Part shown: one piece after another, positions 29,611 through 38,638 of the stretch
Layout: every line of letters begins with the position of its first letter
Numbering within the stretch: position 1 is the stretch's first letter
Origin: Dehalococcoidia bacterium
GTDB lineage: Bacteria; Chloroflexota; Dehalococcoidia; Lucifugimonadales; UBA3495
Assembly: GCA_965237745.1 (NCBI GenBank)
Contig: OZ250156.1
Location: 3,809,426 to 3,873,425, forward strand
DNA: 64,000 nucleotides
Direction of reading: 5' to 3'
Notes under the pieces: generated by a model
Database searches by the model: none
What the model was told of the DNA's origin: nothing
What the model saw: only the letters and a program-made list of their open reading frames with translations
Program-made: the position numbers and the translations under genes

Positions 29611-30795
29611 CTACCAGGACTGCCGCAGAACGGTCATGATGGGACCAGCGTCGGAGACAGGGCGAGGATTGGTGGCCAGGGCCCGGTCGTGCAGCGTGGC
29701 CGACGCTATCAATTCAAGCCCCTCCTCGGGAACGCCCACGTCCCGGAGCCGGTCCGGCAGCCCCAGCGACCGGCGCAAGTCCTCCACCCCGTCGGCAGCG
29801 GACAGGGCCGCTTCGTCGTCGGTCATAGAGGAGGTGTCAATGCCCATGGCGTCGGCGACGAGCACCAGGCGATCGGCGCAGGCCTCGGCGTTGTATCTCA
29901 TGGTGTGGGGCAGCAGGATGGCGTTGGCCTCGCCGTGAGGCACGTCGAAAATCCCGCCAACGTGATGAGCGGTGGCTGTGTTCAGCCCCAAGCCGCCGAC
30001 CCCGGCCAGCGATGCCATGCAGGCGGCCGTCTTCGTGTTCAACAGGCAGTCGAGATCGAGGTCCGAGCAACGGGGCAGGTGTTCCACCAGGAGGCGGATG
30101 GCGTGCAGCGCCATGGCATCAGATATGGGGTTGTGCTTGGTGGAGTAGACCGATTCTATGGCAATGCGAAGTTGTCCCATGGCAGTGGAAGTCAGGATGC
30201 TCACGGGTGTGGTGGTCAATGCCCTGCCGTCGATGATGATATATCCAGGGATGGTGTTGGGGTCGGCAACCAGAATCTTGCGCCCAAGGTCCCGGTCAGC
30301 GAAACCGGCTCCCCGGCTCAACTCAGCCGCGCCCATGGTGGTGGTTACGGTGATGATGGGCAGACGGTCAGATGGCAGGTCGGGATAAGTGGTCTTGTCA
30401 GGCGGTTCGAAGCGGGCCTCGTAATCGTGAATCCTTCCACCCTCGGCCAAGAGCGTGGCGACACCCTTGGTGGTGTCGTGGGTGCTACCGCCTCCGACAC
30501 TGACCAGCGCATCGGCGCCGGTCTCGCGGGCCAGCGCGACCGCAGCGTCCAGTGTAGCGACGGGCGAATGGGGAGCAACGCCGGAGAGCAATCCGGCGAA
30601 CCGTTCGCCCAAGGCCTCCTGCACTCTAGGGACTACATCCGAGTGGGACAGGATCGAGGGCCCGCAGAGCACCATAGCCCGGGACGCCCCGGCACGATCC
30701 AGCACGCCGGGCAGACCGGAAATGGCGTCAACATTGCAGGTTATCTCGTGGCGCACGCTGTTGAAGGTGTAGTTCAATGCCTCGGGCGCTTCCAT
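29611..30795 (-). CDS. Iron-containing alcohol dehydrogenase family (maleylacetate reductase-like)
   Basis: Start at MEAPEALNYTF, preceded by GGGAGA. ...LVSVGGGSTHDTTKG... and ...HHVGGIFDVPHGEANAILLPH... metal-binding histidines. Confidence 0.85.
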   Translation of the reverse strand: MEAPEALNYTFNSVRHEITCNVDAISGLPGVLDRAGASRAMVLCGPSILSHSDVVPRVQEALGERFAGLLSGVAPHSPVATLDAAVALARETGADALVSVGGGSTHDTTKGVATLLAEGGRIHDYEARFEPPDKTTYPDLPSDRLPIITVTTTMGAAELSRGAGFADRDLGRKILVADPNTIPGYIIIDGRALTTTPVSILTSTAMGQLRIAIESVYSTKHNPISDAMALHAIRLLVEHLPRCSDLDLDCLLNTKTAACMASLAGVGGLGLNTATAHHVGGIFDVPHGEANAILLPHTMRYNAEACADRLVLVADAMGIDTSSMTDDEAALSAADGVEDLRRSLGLPDRLRDVGVPEEGLELIASATLHDRALATNPRPVSDAGPIMTVLRQSW

Positions 30796-30920
30796 TAACT
30801 TTTTCTCCCGTGTCTCAATAATCCATATTGCGCTGACATTTGCCCGTTGCCAACGGGGTGCCATGGGTTATGATTGGCTGGCAAAAGATTCTGGCCAAAT
30901 GACGCGGGGCGAACGGCAGT

Positions 30921-32270
30921 ATGGACGTACAACCAAAACTATGGCAAGCCGGGCCGCCGGGCAACGGTTACGGCGAGGCTTCCTCCTCGCGCAACAAGTC
31001 GCTGTCAATGCACCGCTGGGCCAACTGGATTGCCGGATTTTCCGGCGAGTTCGCACACAATGCCATCACTCAATTCCTACCGTCAACCCTTCCTGCGGAA
31101 AGCTCCGACGCACCGGGATATGTGGTGCTTGACCCGTTCGCCGGGGTCGGCACAACTCTAGTCGAAGCCAACAGGCTGGGGCTGGAGAGCATCGGGTTCG
31201 AGATTAACCCCTTCGCCGCTCTGGTGTGCCGAGTAAAGCTGGGGTCAGTGGATATACCGCTGGAGGACCTGAAATCCAGCCTCGATGACTACGAGACTTT
31301 CATTGGCGGTACGGATGGTCGGGTGCCACACAGTTCGCCACCGGCAGGGTTCAAGAGCCGCATACCCTTCTTCTCGCCCGCCGTTGAACGCAAGGTACTG
31401 TTTACCCTGGATTATCTGAATGAATTGCGACCTCAGATCAGGGACATTTTCAGCGTTGCTTTGGCCTCAGTGATGGTTGAATTCTCCAACTACACTTATG
31501 AGCCCTCACTGGGCTCGAGACCTGGCGCCGGCAAGCCACTGATACACGATGCCCCCGTTGAGCGCGTTGTTTCGGCGAAACTTCAAGATATATTGCATGA
31601 CATCGCGGAATTCCAGGGTATGGCCACAAACGTAGTTCACAAACCCTGCTGGCGTGTCCACGAGTGTAGTTTCTTCGACATGGAACAATACCTGGGTCCG
31701 GCTTCGGTTGATATTATCGTTACCTCTCCTCCTTACATGAACAACTACCACTACGTCCGTAACAGCCGCCCCCAAATGTTCTGGAGCGGACTGGTGCAAT
31801 CTCCCTCGGAACTGAAGAGACTGGAGACCGGCAACTTTGGCAAATTCTGGCAGACTGTCAGGGCCAACGATCCCCTGCCGTTGAATCCGGATTTGCCCCC
31901 CCTGGAGAAGGAAATTGAGGAGATTCGCCGGATCAACAATGACCGGGGAGTCTACGGCGGAAACGGCTGGGCAAATTACATCACAACGTATATGAACGAC
32001 CTGGAAAGGTTCTGCCAATTGTTGGGCATAGTCCTCAAACCGGGGGGAACCGCCGTCGTGGTCGTCGGCAATTCCATTGTTCAAGGCAAGGAAATCAAGG
32101 TCGAGGAGCGATTGCGCGACATCGCTGAGCTTCGCGGCCTGTCGGTACAGGCAGTCACCAAGCTCCGAGAGCGGGTGGGATCGAGTATCATCAACAGCGG
32201 CGCTCGCCTCCGAACCGGAAGCAAGTCGGTGTTGTACGACGCGGCGGTCGTTCTGCGTCGGCCAAGTTAG
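30921..32270 (+). CDS. DNA amino-methyltransferase (N6-adenine or N4-cytosine), alpha-like motif order
   Basis: AdoMet motif I VLDPFAGVGTTLVEA (~aa 68-82) and catalytic motif IV IIVTSPPYMNNY (~aa 262-273) are separated by ~180 aa. An alternative start at 31008 (MHRWANW) is possible. Confidence 0.8.
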   Translation: MDVQPKLWQAGPPGNGYGEASSSRNKSLSMHRWANWIAGFSGEFAHNAITQFLPSTLPAESSDAPGYVVLDPFAGVGTTLVEANRLGLESIGFEINPFAALVCRVKLGSVDIPLEDLKSSLDDYETFIGGTDGRVPHSSPPAGFKSRIPFFSPAVERKVLFTLDYLNELRPQIRDIFSVALASVMVEFSNYTYEPSLGSRPGAGKPLIHDAPVERVVSAKLQDILHDIAEFQGMATNVVHKPCWRVHECSFFDMEQYLGPASVDIIVTSPPYMNNYHYVRNSRPQMFWSGLVQSPSELKRLETGNFGKFWQTVRANDPLPLNPDLPPLEKEIEEIRRINNDRGVYGGNGWANYITTYMNDLERFCQLLGIVLKPGGTAVVVVGNSIVQGKEIKVEERLRDIAELRGLSVQAVTKLRERVGSSIINSGARLRTGSKSVLYDAAVVLRRPS

Positions 32271-32698
32271 CCCATCGGAGGAAAACGACGGTCCCACTGG
32301 TTTACGTAGTCCGGCATACCAGGGCGTCCCCGACCTGGAGAGTGCATACTGAACCCGGGGATTCCGTTCCATTCTGGCGTGAAGCGGTTTATCAAGGCCT
32401 CTTCGGCGCGGGCAACTTCCCATAGCCTAGCAATTGTCAGATACTTGCAGGTAACATCCTCCGCCGCTATACCCTGCCTGCCTTGAATTTTCTGCAGGTG
32501 GTCGCGAAGACGGTTTCGCAGGTTCCGCGCTTGACCAACGTAGACTGGCACGTCGTCCCAATAGAGCGCATAGACACCAAAGGTCTGAGGTGCATCGGTA
32601 GCGTCTAGGGGGTGCGTTGGGCTGGCTTCCAACACTGCCGTCAATTGGTCTTCGTATGCTCTATCCACGTCAAACGTGAAGCTGTGATTTTCACACAC
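32267..32698 (-). CDS. GIY-YIG nuclease, Eco29kI-like restriction endonuclease candidate (start uncertain)
   Basis: ...FGVYALYWDDVPVYVGQARNLRNRLRDH... (GIY ... YIG ... R ... H), ...EEALINRFTPEWN... and C-terminal GFSMHSPGRGRPG...WD. The track ORF runs to 32863 but overlaps the upstream gene by 133 nt. The in-frame GTG at 32698 (MCENHSFTFDVD...) is proposed instead. The stop overlaps the methyltransferase stop by 4 nt. Confidence 0.65.
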   Translation of the reverse strand: MCENHSFTFDVDRAYEDQLTAVLEASPTHPLDATDAPQTFGVYALYWDDVPVYVGQARNLRNRLRDHLQKIQGRQGIAAEDVTCKYLTIARLWEVARAEEALINRFTPEWNGIPGFSMHSPGRGRPGMPDYVNQWDRRFPPMG

Positions 32699-32730
32699 GG
32701 CTAACCTTGCCAGTTCATATATTGAATAGT

Positions 32731-33162
32731 CTAATTCCCTTGATACAGCCTCTGAAACAACTCCGCTGGCAGCCCGGCATCCTCCATCGACATTAACCGA
32801 ACTGGGATACTCCTTGCCTGGGCGCCTGCAACCTCTACCAGCACACCCTTGCTGTCTTCCCACCCAGGCAACTGCAACACCAGCAACTCGTCGCAGCGGG
32901 CCAGCAGTTGTAGGTCAAAGGCGTACCAGCCCTGCGGAGGGTGTACTCCCTTGAAGGCCAACTCCCCGAGGTACACCATCGGCGACAGCACAATTTTGCC
33001 CTCGTTGACGAGGTTGCCACAAACGTACCGAACCGCCTCCAGACGGGCCTCTCGCACCGCTGCGAAATCATGAGCATAGGGCGAGGCGAGATATATCAGA
33101 GTGGGATCGACATAGTCCAGATAATCCATCGCCAGAAATTCCGATACGTCCCGCGACACCAT
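32731..33162 (-). CDS. DUF1937-like protein (nucleoside 2-deoxyribosyltransferase-like fold)
   Basis: ...LIYLASPYAHDFAAVREARLEAV...IVLSPMVY...GWYAFDLQLLARCDELLVLQLPGWEDSKGVLVEVAGAQARSIPV matches my recollection of the DUF1937 pattern. Start taken at Met 18 (33162), preceded by AAGGAAGAGG. Confidence 0.6.
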   Translation of the reverse strand: MVSRDVSEFLAMDYLDYVDPTLIYLASPYAHDFAAVREARLEAVRYVCGNLVNEGKIVLSPMVYLGELAFKGVHPPQGWYAFDLQLLARCDELLVLQLPGWEDSKGVLVEVAGAQARSIPVRLMSMEDAGLPAELFQRLYQGN

Positions 33163-33254
33163 CTGCTGCCTCTTCCTTGAATATAGAAACCCATTGCACA
33201 GATAGGGGCGCACGTCTGTGCGCCCCTACGGGAAACACCATTGTCATGGTTAGT

Positions 33255-35594
33255 TTACGAGCCGTTCTTCTCCCATAGCGCCTCCAGGACCGCGCCTGGT
33301 GACATGGGAAGCTGTTCCATACGCACACCCACGGCATCGTGGATGGCGTTGGCGATGGCGGCCATGGGAGGAACGATGGGAACCTCGCCCACACCGCGCA
33401 CTCCGTAGGGATGTCCGGGATTGGCGACTTCCACAACCACCGTATCGATCATCGGCAGGTCGAGGCTGGTGGGCATACGGTAGTCCAGGAACGTCGGGTT
33501 CAGCATACTACCGTTGTTGTCGAAGACATACTCCTCGTTCAGGGCCCAGCCGATGCCCTGTACCGCGCCGCCTTGGATCTGCCCCTCCACATAGCTGGGG
33601 TGGATAGCCTTGCCAGCGTCCTGCAGGGCGGTGTAGCGCAGTACGTCCACCTTTCCGGTGTCGGGATCAACCTCAACGTCGGCAATGTGGACGGCGAAAG
33701 CTCCGCCGACGCCGGTGGGAGCAACGTTGCCGCGCCCGGATACCGGACCGCCGGTGGCGTTAAGACGCGCCGCCAACTCCTTGAAGGTGAGGCGCAACTC
33801 GGGATCGGAGGTGTGGGATGCCTCTCCGTCCTTGTATTCCACCAAGCTGGGATCCACATCCCATATCCGGGCGGCGCGTTGGATGAGCTGGTTGCGAATG
33901 TCCAAGGCGGCCTCGTAGGCGGCCCAGCCGGTCTTGAAGGCCACGCCGCTACCACCGGTCATTGAAGTATAGCCCACCGAATCGGTGTCACCCACCAGCG
34001 GGCGCACTTCCTCGGCGGAGATGCCCAGCACCTCGGCAAGCTGCATCGACACGGCAGCGCGTGAGCCGCCGATGTCAACAGAGCCCTCTATCAGGCCCAC
34101 GGTTCCATCGGGGTTGACGCTGGCGACGGCGCTGGACGGGCCACTGGCGTTGAACCAATATCCGGCGGCCACGCCCCGGCCACGGTACGTTCCCTTGCCG
34201 GAATCTTTCTCCAGAGGGGCGTCCCAGTGCTCGTGGTCCTTGGCCGCCTGCAAGGTTTCTATGTTGCCGATCTTTCCGAACACTGGGCCGGTGAGGCGAC
34301 GGGTGCCCTCCTTGGACCCATTGAGCAGCCGGAACTCCAGCGGGTCCATGCCGATCTTCTCGCAAATCTCGTCCAGGACGGTCTCGATGGCGAAGGCTGC
34401 CGCGGGGGCGCCGGGGGCGCGATAGGCCGCCGTCTTGGGCTTGTTCAGCACCACGTCGAAGCCTTCCAAGCGCCCATTGGCGATGTCGTAGGGGCCGGTC
34501 ATGCACTGGACGCCGGGGTTGATGGGCGAGCCGGGGTACGCGCCGGCCTCGTAGGCCATGGAGGCGTCCACGGCGGTAATTCGTCCGTCGTTGGTCGCAC
34601 CCACCTTGCAGCGCATCCATGACCCGGCGGTGGGTCCGGAACCCTGGAATACCTCGGATCGGCTCATGCTGATCTTGACCGGGTTGCCGGTCTTGTGGGA
34701 CAGGATGGCGGCCACCGGTTCCAGATAGACCAGCGTCTTGCCGCCGAAGCCTCCGCCGATCTCCATGGGAATGGCCTTGATTCGGGAGATTGGCACGCCA
34801 TTGACCAGAGCCACCTGGTCACGGACGTTGAAGTGTCCTTGGCTGCTGCTCCAGACGGTGATGTCGCCCTCCGGGCCCCAGTTCACGGTGGCGGTGTGCG
34901 GCTCGATGTAGCCTTGGTGCACCGACTGGGTGCGAAACTCCCGCTCCACTACGATGTCGGCTTCCTTGAATCCCTGCTCGGTGTCGCCCATCTCGAAGAA
35001 GAAGTGGTTGGCTATATTGGTGCCCGCAGAGGCGTCGTCTTCATCGCGCAGGCCGCCGGTCCGCATGTTGGGGTTGGCGACGCTGGCCAGCCTTTCGTGC
35101 AGGATCGGAGCGTCCGGCTTCATGGCGTCGACTACATCGGTTACGGAATCCAGTGCCTCGTACTGGACCTCAATGAGTTCCAGGGCCTTCTCTGCAACGT
35201 GAGGACTCGTCGCGGCGACGGCGGCCACAGCATGGCCTTTGTACAACACCTTGCCATCAGCCAAGCAGTTGTTGCTGAGGAACTTGGGATTGACCATCGA
35301 CGCCTCGGTCTGATCGCTGATGCGGCCCTGAGGCTGTGGCAGGTCAGCCGAGGTTACTACGCCGCGCACGCCTTCAAGCGCCTCGGCCTTGGTGACGTCG
35401 ATGGACTTGATGCGGGCGTGAGCGTGGGGGCTTCGCAGCACCCTAGCGTGGAGCAGCCCCGGCAGGTTGATGTCGGCGCCGTACCGGGCGCGCCCGGTGA
35501 CTTTTTCAGCGCCATCCTGCCGAATGGGCCTGGTTCCGACCACGTTGAATTCCTGATTGGAGAGCACGACGTTGGAGCCAGTGATGGTGGCCAT
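33255..35594 (-). CDS. Xanthine dehydrogenase/aldehyde oxidase family molybdopterin-binding large subunit
   Basis: 779 aa. The N-terminal Ald_Xan_dh_C-type region (...VVGTRPIRQDGAEKVTGRARYGADI...), then ...GGGFGGK..., ...AAYRAPGAPAAAFAIE... and ...GQIQGGAVQGIGWAL. Confidence 0.9.
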   Translation of the reverse strand: MATITGSNVVLSNQEFNVVGTRPIRQDGAEKVTGRARYGADINLPGLLHARVLRSPHAHARIKSIDVTKAEALEGVRGVVTSADLPQPQGRISDQTEASMVNPKFLSNNCLADGKVLYKGHAVAAVAATSPHVAEKALELIEVQYEALDSVTDVVDAMKPDAPILHERLASVANPNMRTGGLRDEDDASAGTNIANHFFFEMGDTEQGFKEADIVVEREFRTQSVHQGYIEPHTATVNWGPEGDITVWSSSQGHFNVRDQVALVNGVPISRIKAIPMEIGGGFGGKTLVYLEPVAAILSHKTGNPVKISMSRSEVFQGSGPTAGSWMRCKVGATNDGRITAVDASMAYEAGAYPGSPINPGVQCMTGPYDIANGRLEGFDVVLNKPKTAAYRAPGAPAAAFAIETVLDEICEKIGMDPLEFRLLNGSKEGTRRLTGPVFGKIGNIETLQAAKDHEHWDAPLEKDSGKGTYRGRGVAAGYWFNASGPSSAVASVNPDGTVGLIEGSVDIGGSRAAVSMQLAEVLGISAEEVRPLVGDTDSVGYTSMTGGSGVAFKTGWAAYEAALDIRNQLIQRAARIWDVDPSLVEYKDGEASHTSDPELRLTFKELAARLNATGGPVSGRGNVAPTGVGGAFAVHIADVEVDPDTGKVDVLRYTALQDAGKAIHPSYVEGQIQGGAVQGIGWALNEEYVFDNNGSMLNPTFLDYRMPTSLDLPMIDTVVVEVANPGHPYGVRGVGEVPIVPPMAAIANAIHDAVGVRMEQLPMSPGAVLEALWEKNGS

Positions 35595-35626
35595 GCTTAT
35601 TCCCTCCTCAAAGTCTGGGGTAGGGG

Positions 35627-36046
35627 TCAGTCGCCCGCCTGCCTGTCGGCGGGGATGGTCAGGGGTTCGAGAGCGTCCAACAACTCGGCCATGTCATCGA
35701 GATTGCGAGCTATGGCTTCGGAAACCAGGAAAATCCCCCGGATGTAATAATTTCGATGCAACTCGTAGGCGGATGCACCAAGCAAACGCAGGCGATCGTT
35801 CCTACATAGGACACTGGCGTTGTACATGACCGAACCAAACTGCGCGTGATTTTCTAACTGCCAACCATGTGTTACCGCCACAGCTTTGGCCATCCACGCG
35901 GCAACTCCCCAGCCTTTTTCTGACGCTTGATGCAAATCATCAGCCGCAAAGTATTCCCTCGCCCGGCCAAAAAATACGCGAGCCTGCTGCCGATAGTCCT
36001 CAACTGCGATAGGGTCATATTGTTCAGAAAGTTCGGGTAGTGTCAT
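35627..36046 (-). CDS. PaREP1-like (HEPN-related helical) domain protein
   Basis: ...DLHQASEKGWGVAAWMAKAVAVTHGWQLENHAQF...AYELHRNYYIRG... resembles the QA(S/G)EKxWGAxA...H...LHxNFY pattern of PaREP1 family proteins. This rests on memory, not a search. Confidence 0.45.
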   Translation of the reverse strand: MTLPELSEQYDPIAVEDYRQQARVFFGRAREYFAADDLHQASEKGWGVAAWMAKAVAVTHGWQLENHAQFGSVMYNASVLCRNDRLRLLGASAYELHRNYYIRGIFLVSEAIARNLDDMAELLDALEPLTIPADRQAGD

Positions 36047-36134
36047 TTAGTTTTTCATGAGGTCAATTGCGTTGAGGTCCCGGCTCAATTTTAGACCAAT
36101 CTGCCGCCGATTCGTGAACTATCGCTTGCTCGAC

Positions 36135-37847
36135 TCAGAGACCACCCTCCAATCGCTCCATCTCCACCGCGAACCAGAGAGCCATACCGCCACTGCGGTC
36201 GTCGAAGCCGTAAATCGCGGGACGGTCGAGGTAGTCACGAACATTCTGCTGGACTCCGGTACTGGCGCAGGCGTCAACGACGTTGCCCACGTCGTCGATG
36301 CGCTCAGACACACCCCGCCAAGCCAGGTCCAGCGGCTCGCGGTAGTCGTCGGGCAGCCACCCCCTTCGCAGGCCCCGAGCAATCGAGTAGCCCAGCATGC
36401 AGGTGGCGGTGAACTCGTCATAGGAGCCGGGGAAGTCCAGCACTTGCGGCAGCATGCCGGACTGGCGTTGCAGACCACGCAGCGACTCCAGCAGCCGCAG
36501 GTACATCGCCATAATCTCCGGTCGGGCCTGATGGTCCTCTGGCAGGTAGGTCAGCGTCTCGGTCAAACCGAGTGCGGCGAACCCGTTTCCCCTTCCCCAG
36601 TAGAAAGGAGCGGAACGACAATGCCAGAACAGCCCATTGTCCTGCTGAATTTTCCCCTCAACCAGGAATGAAGCCAGCAAGTCAACGTACCGCCTCTGGC
36701 CGGTGAGCCGGAAAGCGCGGCCCAACAGGGCACCGCCCATGAACATATCCTCTGTGCGAAAGTCCGCGTCGCATGGCGGTGGAGCTTCTCCCGGCCTTGC
36801 GGGTCGAAAGCGGTCGGCCGCATCGACGATCAGCTTGGTGTATCGTGCGTCGCCGGTGGCCTGACTGAGTTCATCGCCCCATACAATCGACGCAAGCGCC
36901 GAGGGAGCCAGACCTTCGCCGAACCCGTCTGCTACTCCATCTACAAATTCTCGGAGCAATCCAACAATGTCGGGGGCGGGGTTTTCACCATCGGTGTCGA
37001 GTTCGGCGAGGCGGAGGCGACCGCTGATGGGCACCCCTTGGGTGTAGACAATGGGGTCGAAGGAGTGACCGTAGGCGGCAGCAAGGACGCGGGCGATCTC
37101 AACCCTGCTACGCTGGCGCCGCCGGTCTATGGCCTGCCGGGCGGGAGATTTTCCGGAAAACGCCGGCTGTTGCATCACCCCGAACAGACGGCTTATTTCG
37201 CGTGGAAGGTGTTCGTCGGAAGCGGTGAGGCGCAGGCCGGGAATAACGCCCAGCCCTTCAGGATAGCCGTCGCCGAGAGCTCCAAGCATTGAGTCGTCCG
37301 ATATCTCCCGGGCAGCCAGGGCAGGTGCGAAGCGCCGGGCGGCGGGATTGCATTCCCATCGCACTGAGTCGCCTCCGGAGCGCACCTCCAGAACCAGGTC
37401 GGGGGCCTGGAAGCAAAGCCAGCGCCACAAGTACCGCTTCTCAGGATTCTCGGCATCGAAGTAGAAGTTGCCTTCAGGGGGATACCCCTGCGCCGGATTT
37501 CCTCCTGCGCCGTTATCGGGCCCTCGTTCGAGGCGCAGGCCGTCGGGGTTGGCACAGGGTACAGCGCTGAGGCCGACTCGTAGGGCCAGTCCATCACCAC
37601 CACCGGCGTATAGCTCCAAGGCATGCAGCGCCGCATCAACGTCAGCAGCGCGCCCCGACAGTCCGCCCACCAGCAATACCCGGGCTCGTGCTGTGTCTGC
37701 CGAGTAGGCGTTACGATCAAGAATCGCCGGTATCGGCGAGAGCGAGCGGGTTACACCGCAGGCCGTGCGGCTCCAGAACCCCGGCCTGGCCTCTGCCAAG
37801 GTGTCCAGCGCCTGCCGGATGTCCCGCTCGCTGTTGGACTGAGACAC
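36135..37847 (-). CDS. Fusion protein: degenerate M14/AstE-AspA-like N-domain plus glycosyl hydrolase family 88-like (unsaturated glucuronyl/rhamnogalacturonyl hydrolase-like) C-domain
   Basis: N-half: RVLLVGGLSGRAADVDAAL...VPCANPDGL...DLVLEVRSGG, the layout of a Zn-carboxypeptidase-like fold. C-half: ...WGRGNGFAALGLTETLTYLPEDH...LQRQSGMLPQVLDFPGSYDEFTATCMLGYSIARGLRRGWL...GNVVDACASTG..., the (alpha/alpha)6 GH88-like pattern. Confidence 0.6.
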   Translation of the reverse strand: MSQSNSERDIRQALDTLAEARPGFWSRTACGVTRSLSPIPAILDRNAYSADTARARVLLVGGLSGRAADVDAALHALELYAGGGDGLALRVGLSAVPCANPDGLRLERGPDNGAGGNPAQGYPPEGNFYFDAENPEKRYLWRWLCFQAPDLVLEVRSGGDSVRWECNPAARRFAPALAAREISDDSMLGALGDGYPEGLGVIPGLRLTASDEHLPREISRLFGVMQQPAFSGKSPARQAIDRRRQRSRVEIARVLAAAYGHSFDPIVYTQGVPISGRLRLAELDTDGENPAPDIVGLLREFVDGVADGFGEGLAPSALASIVWGDELSQATGDARYTKLIVDAADRFRPARPGEAPPPCDADFRTEDMFMGGALLGRAFRLTGQRRYVDLLASFLVEGKIQQDNGLFWHCRSAPFYWGRGNGFAALGLTETLTYLPEDHQARPEIMAMYLRLLESLRGLQRQSGMLPQVLDFPGSYDEFTATCMLGYSIARGLRRGWLPDDYREPLDLAWRGVSERIDDVGNVVDACASTGVQQNVRDYLDRPAIYGFDDRSGGMALWFAVEMERLEGGL

Positions 37848-37852
37848 GGTTG

Positions 37853-38626
37853 CTACGACTCCCTGGGCTTCTGTACCAGGTCCACGTTCACGGTACGCGC
37901 TGCACTGACAGTGAAAGTCAGGGAGGTGGTGCCGCCGCCCTCGGTGCTGTTCATCACCTCGATGTTCGCCGGGCCATGGAGGTAGGCGATTTCGTCGCCC
38001 TCCACGCGGAACGGGCGATCATGGCCAGGGTAGAAGACGTTGGACGACGCCACCATCTTCTCTACGCTGGCGTGCGCGTCCTCGGTGTCCCAGAAGATAT
38101 TGTAAGGGATGCCCCGGGCCACCGTGCCGCTTTCCGGCAACGCGTCGCCGGCGATCAGCACATTCTCGCCGTCTATCTCGGCCAGAACGCTCATGTGTCC
38201 CTTGGTATGGCCCGGCGTTTCCAGGATGGTAACGCCGTCGACGATGGTGTCGCCCTCGGACACGACCTCGACCTTCATATTGCGCATCATGTCGGCCATG
38301 CCTGCCGCCACCGCCAGGTCCCAACTGTTGGGGTTTCGAGCGTAGTCTATCTCCACCGGGTTGACCAGCACCCGCGCGTTGCGGAACAGGTCGGTGTTCT
38401 GGCAGTGGTCCCAGTGCATGTGGGTCAGGATGACGATGTCGATGTCATCGGTGGTCAGCCCATAGTTGGTGAGCGCGCGGTAGAGGAAGGGGCGCCGGGA
38501 CGAAGGGCCCGTGTCGATCAGGATGTTGTGGCTGCCCACTCGCAGCAGCGAGTTGGTGGAGTAGCCAAAAGACCCTTGGTCGGTGTTGAGGGCGAACCCG
38601 TAGGTGAGGACATCCAGAGTCGCCAT
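37853..38626 (-). CDS. MBL-fold metallo-hydrolase
   Basis: ...ILIDTGPS...ILTHMHWDHCQN (HxHxDH) ...TPGHTKGH... Confidence 0.85.
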   Translation of the reverse strand: MATLDVLTYGFALNTDQGSFGYSTNSLLRVGSHNILIDTGPSSRRPFLYRALTNYGLTTDDIDIVILTHMHWDHCQNTDLFRNARVLVNPVEIDYARNPNSWDLAVAAGMADMMRNMKVEVVSEGDTIVDGVTILETPGHTKGHMSVLAEIDGENVLIAGDALPESGTVARGIPYNIFWDTEDAHASVEKMVASSNVFYPGHDRPFRVEGDEIAYLHGPANIEVMNSTEGGGTTSLTFTVSAARTVNVDLVQKPRES

Positions 38627-38638
38627 GAAATGCGCTCC

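Noticed and set aside
32699-32863. ATG at 32863 as the start of the GIY-YIG nuclease gene
   Set aside because: It would overlap the upstream DUF1937-like gene by 133 nt and add ~55 aa of Gly/Arg/Cys-rich sequence. The GTG at 32698 gives an N-terminus (…FTFDVDRAYE…) spaced from the GIY motif as I recall for Eco29kI. This is still uncertain, so I flag it rather than treat it as settled.
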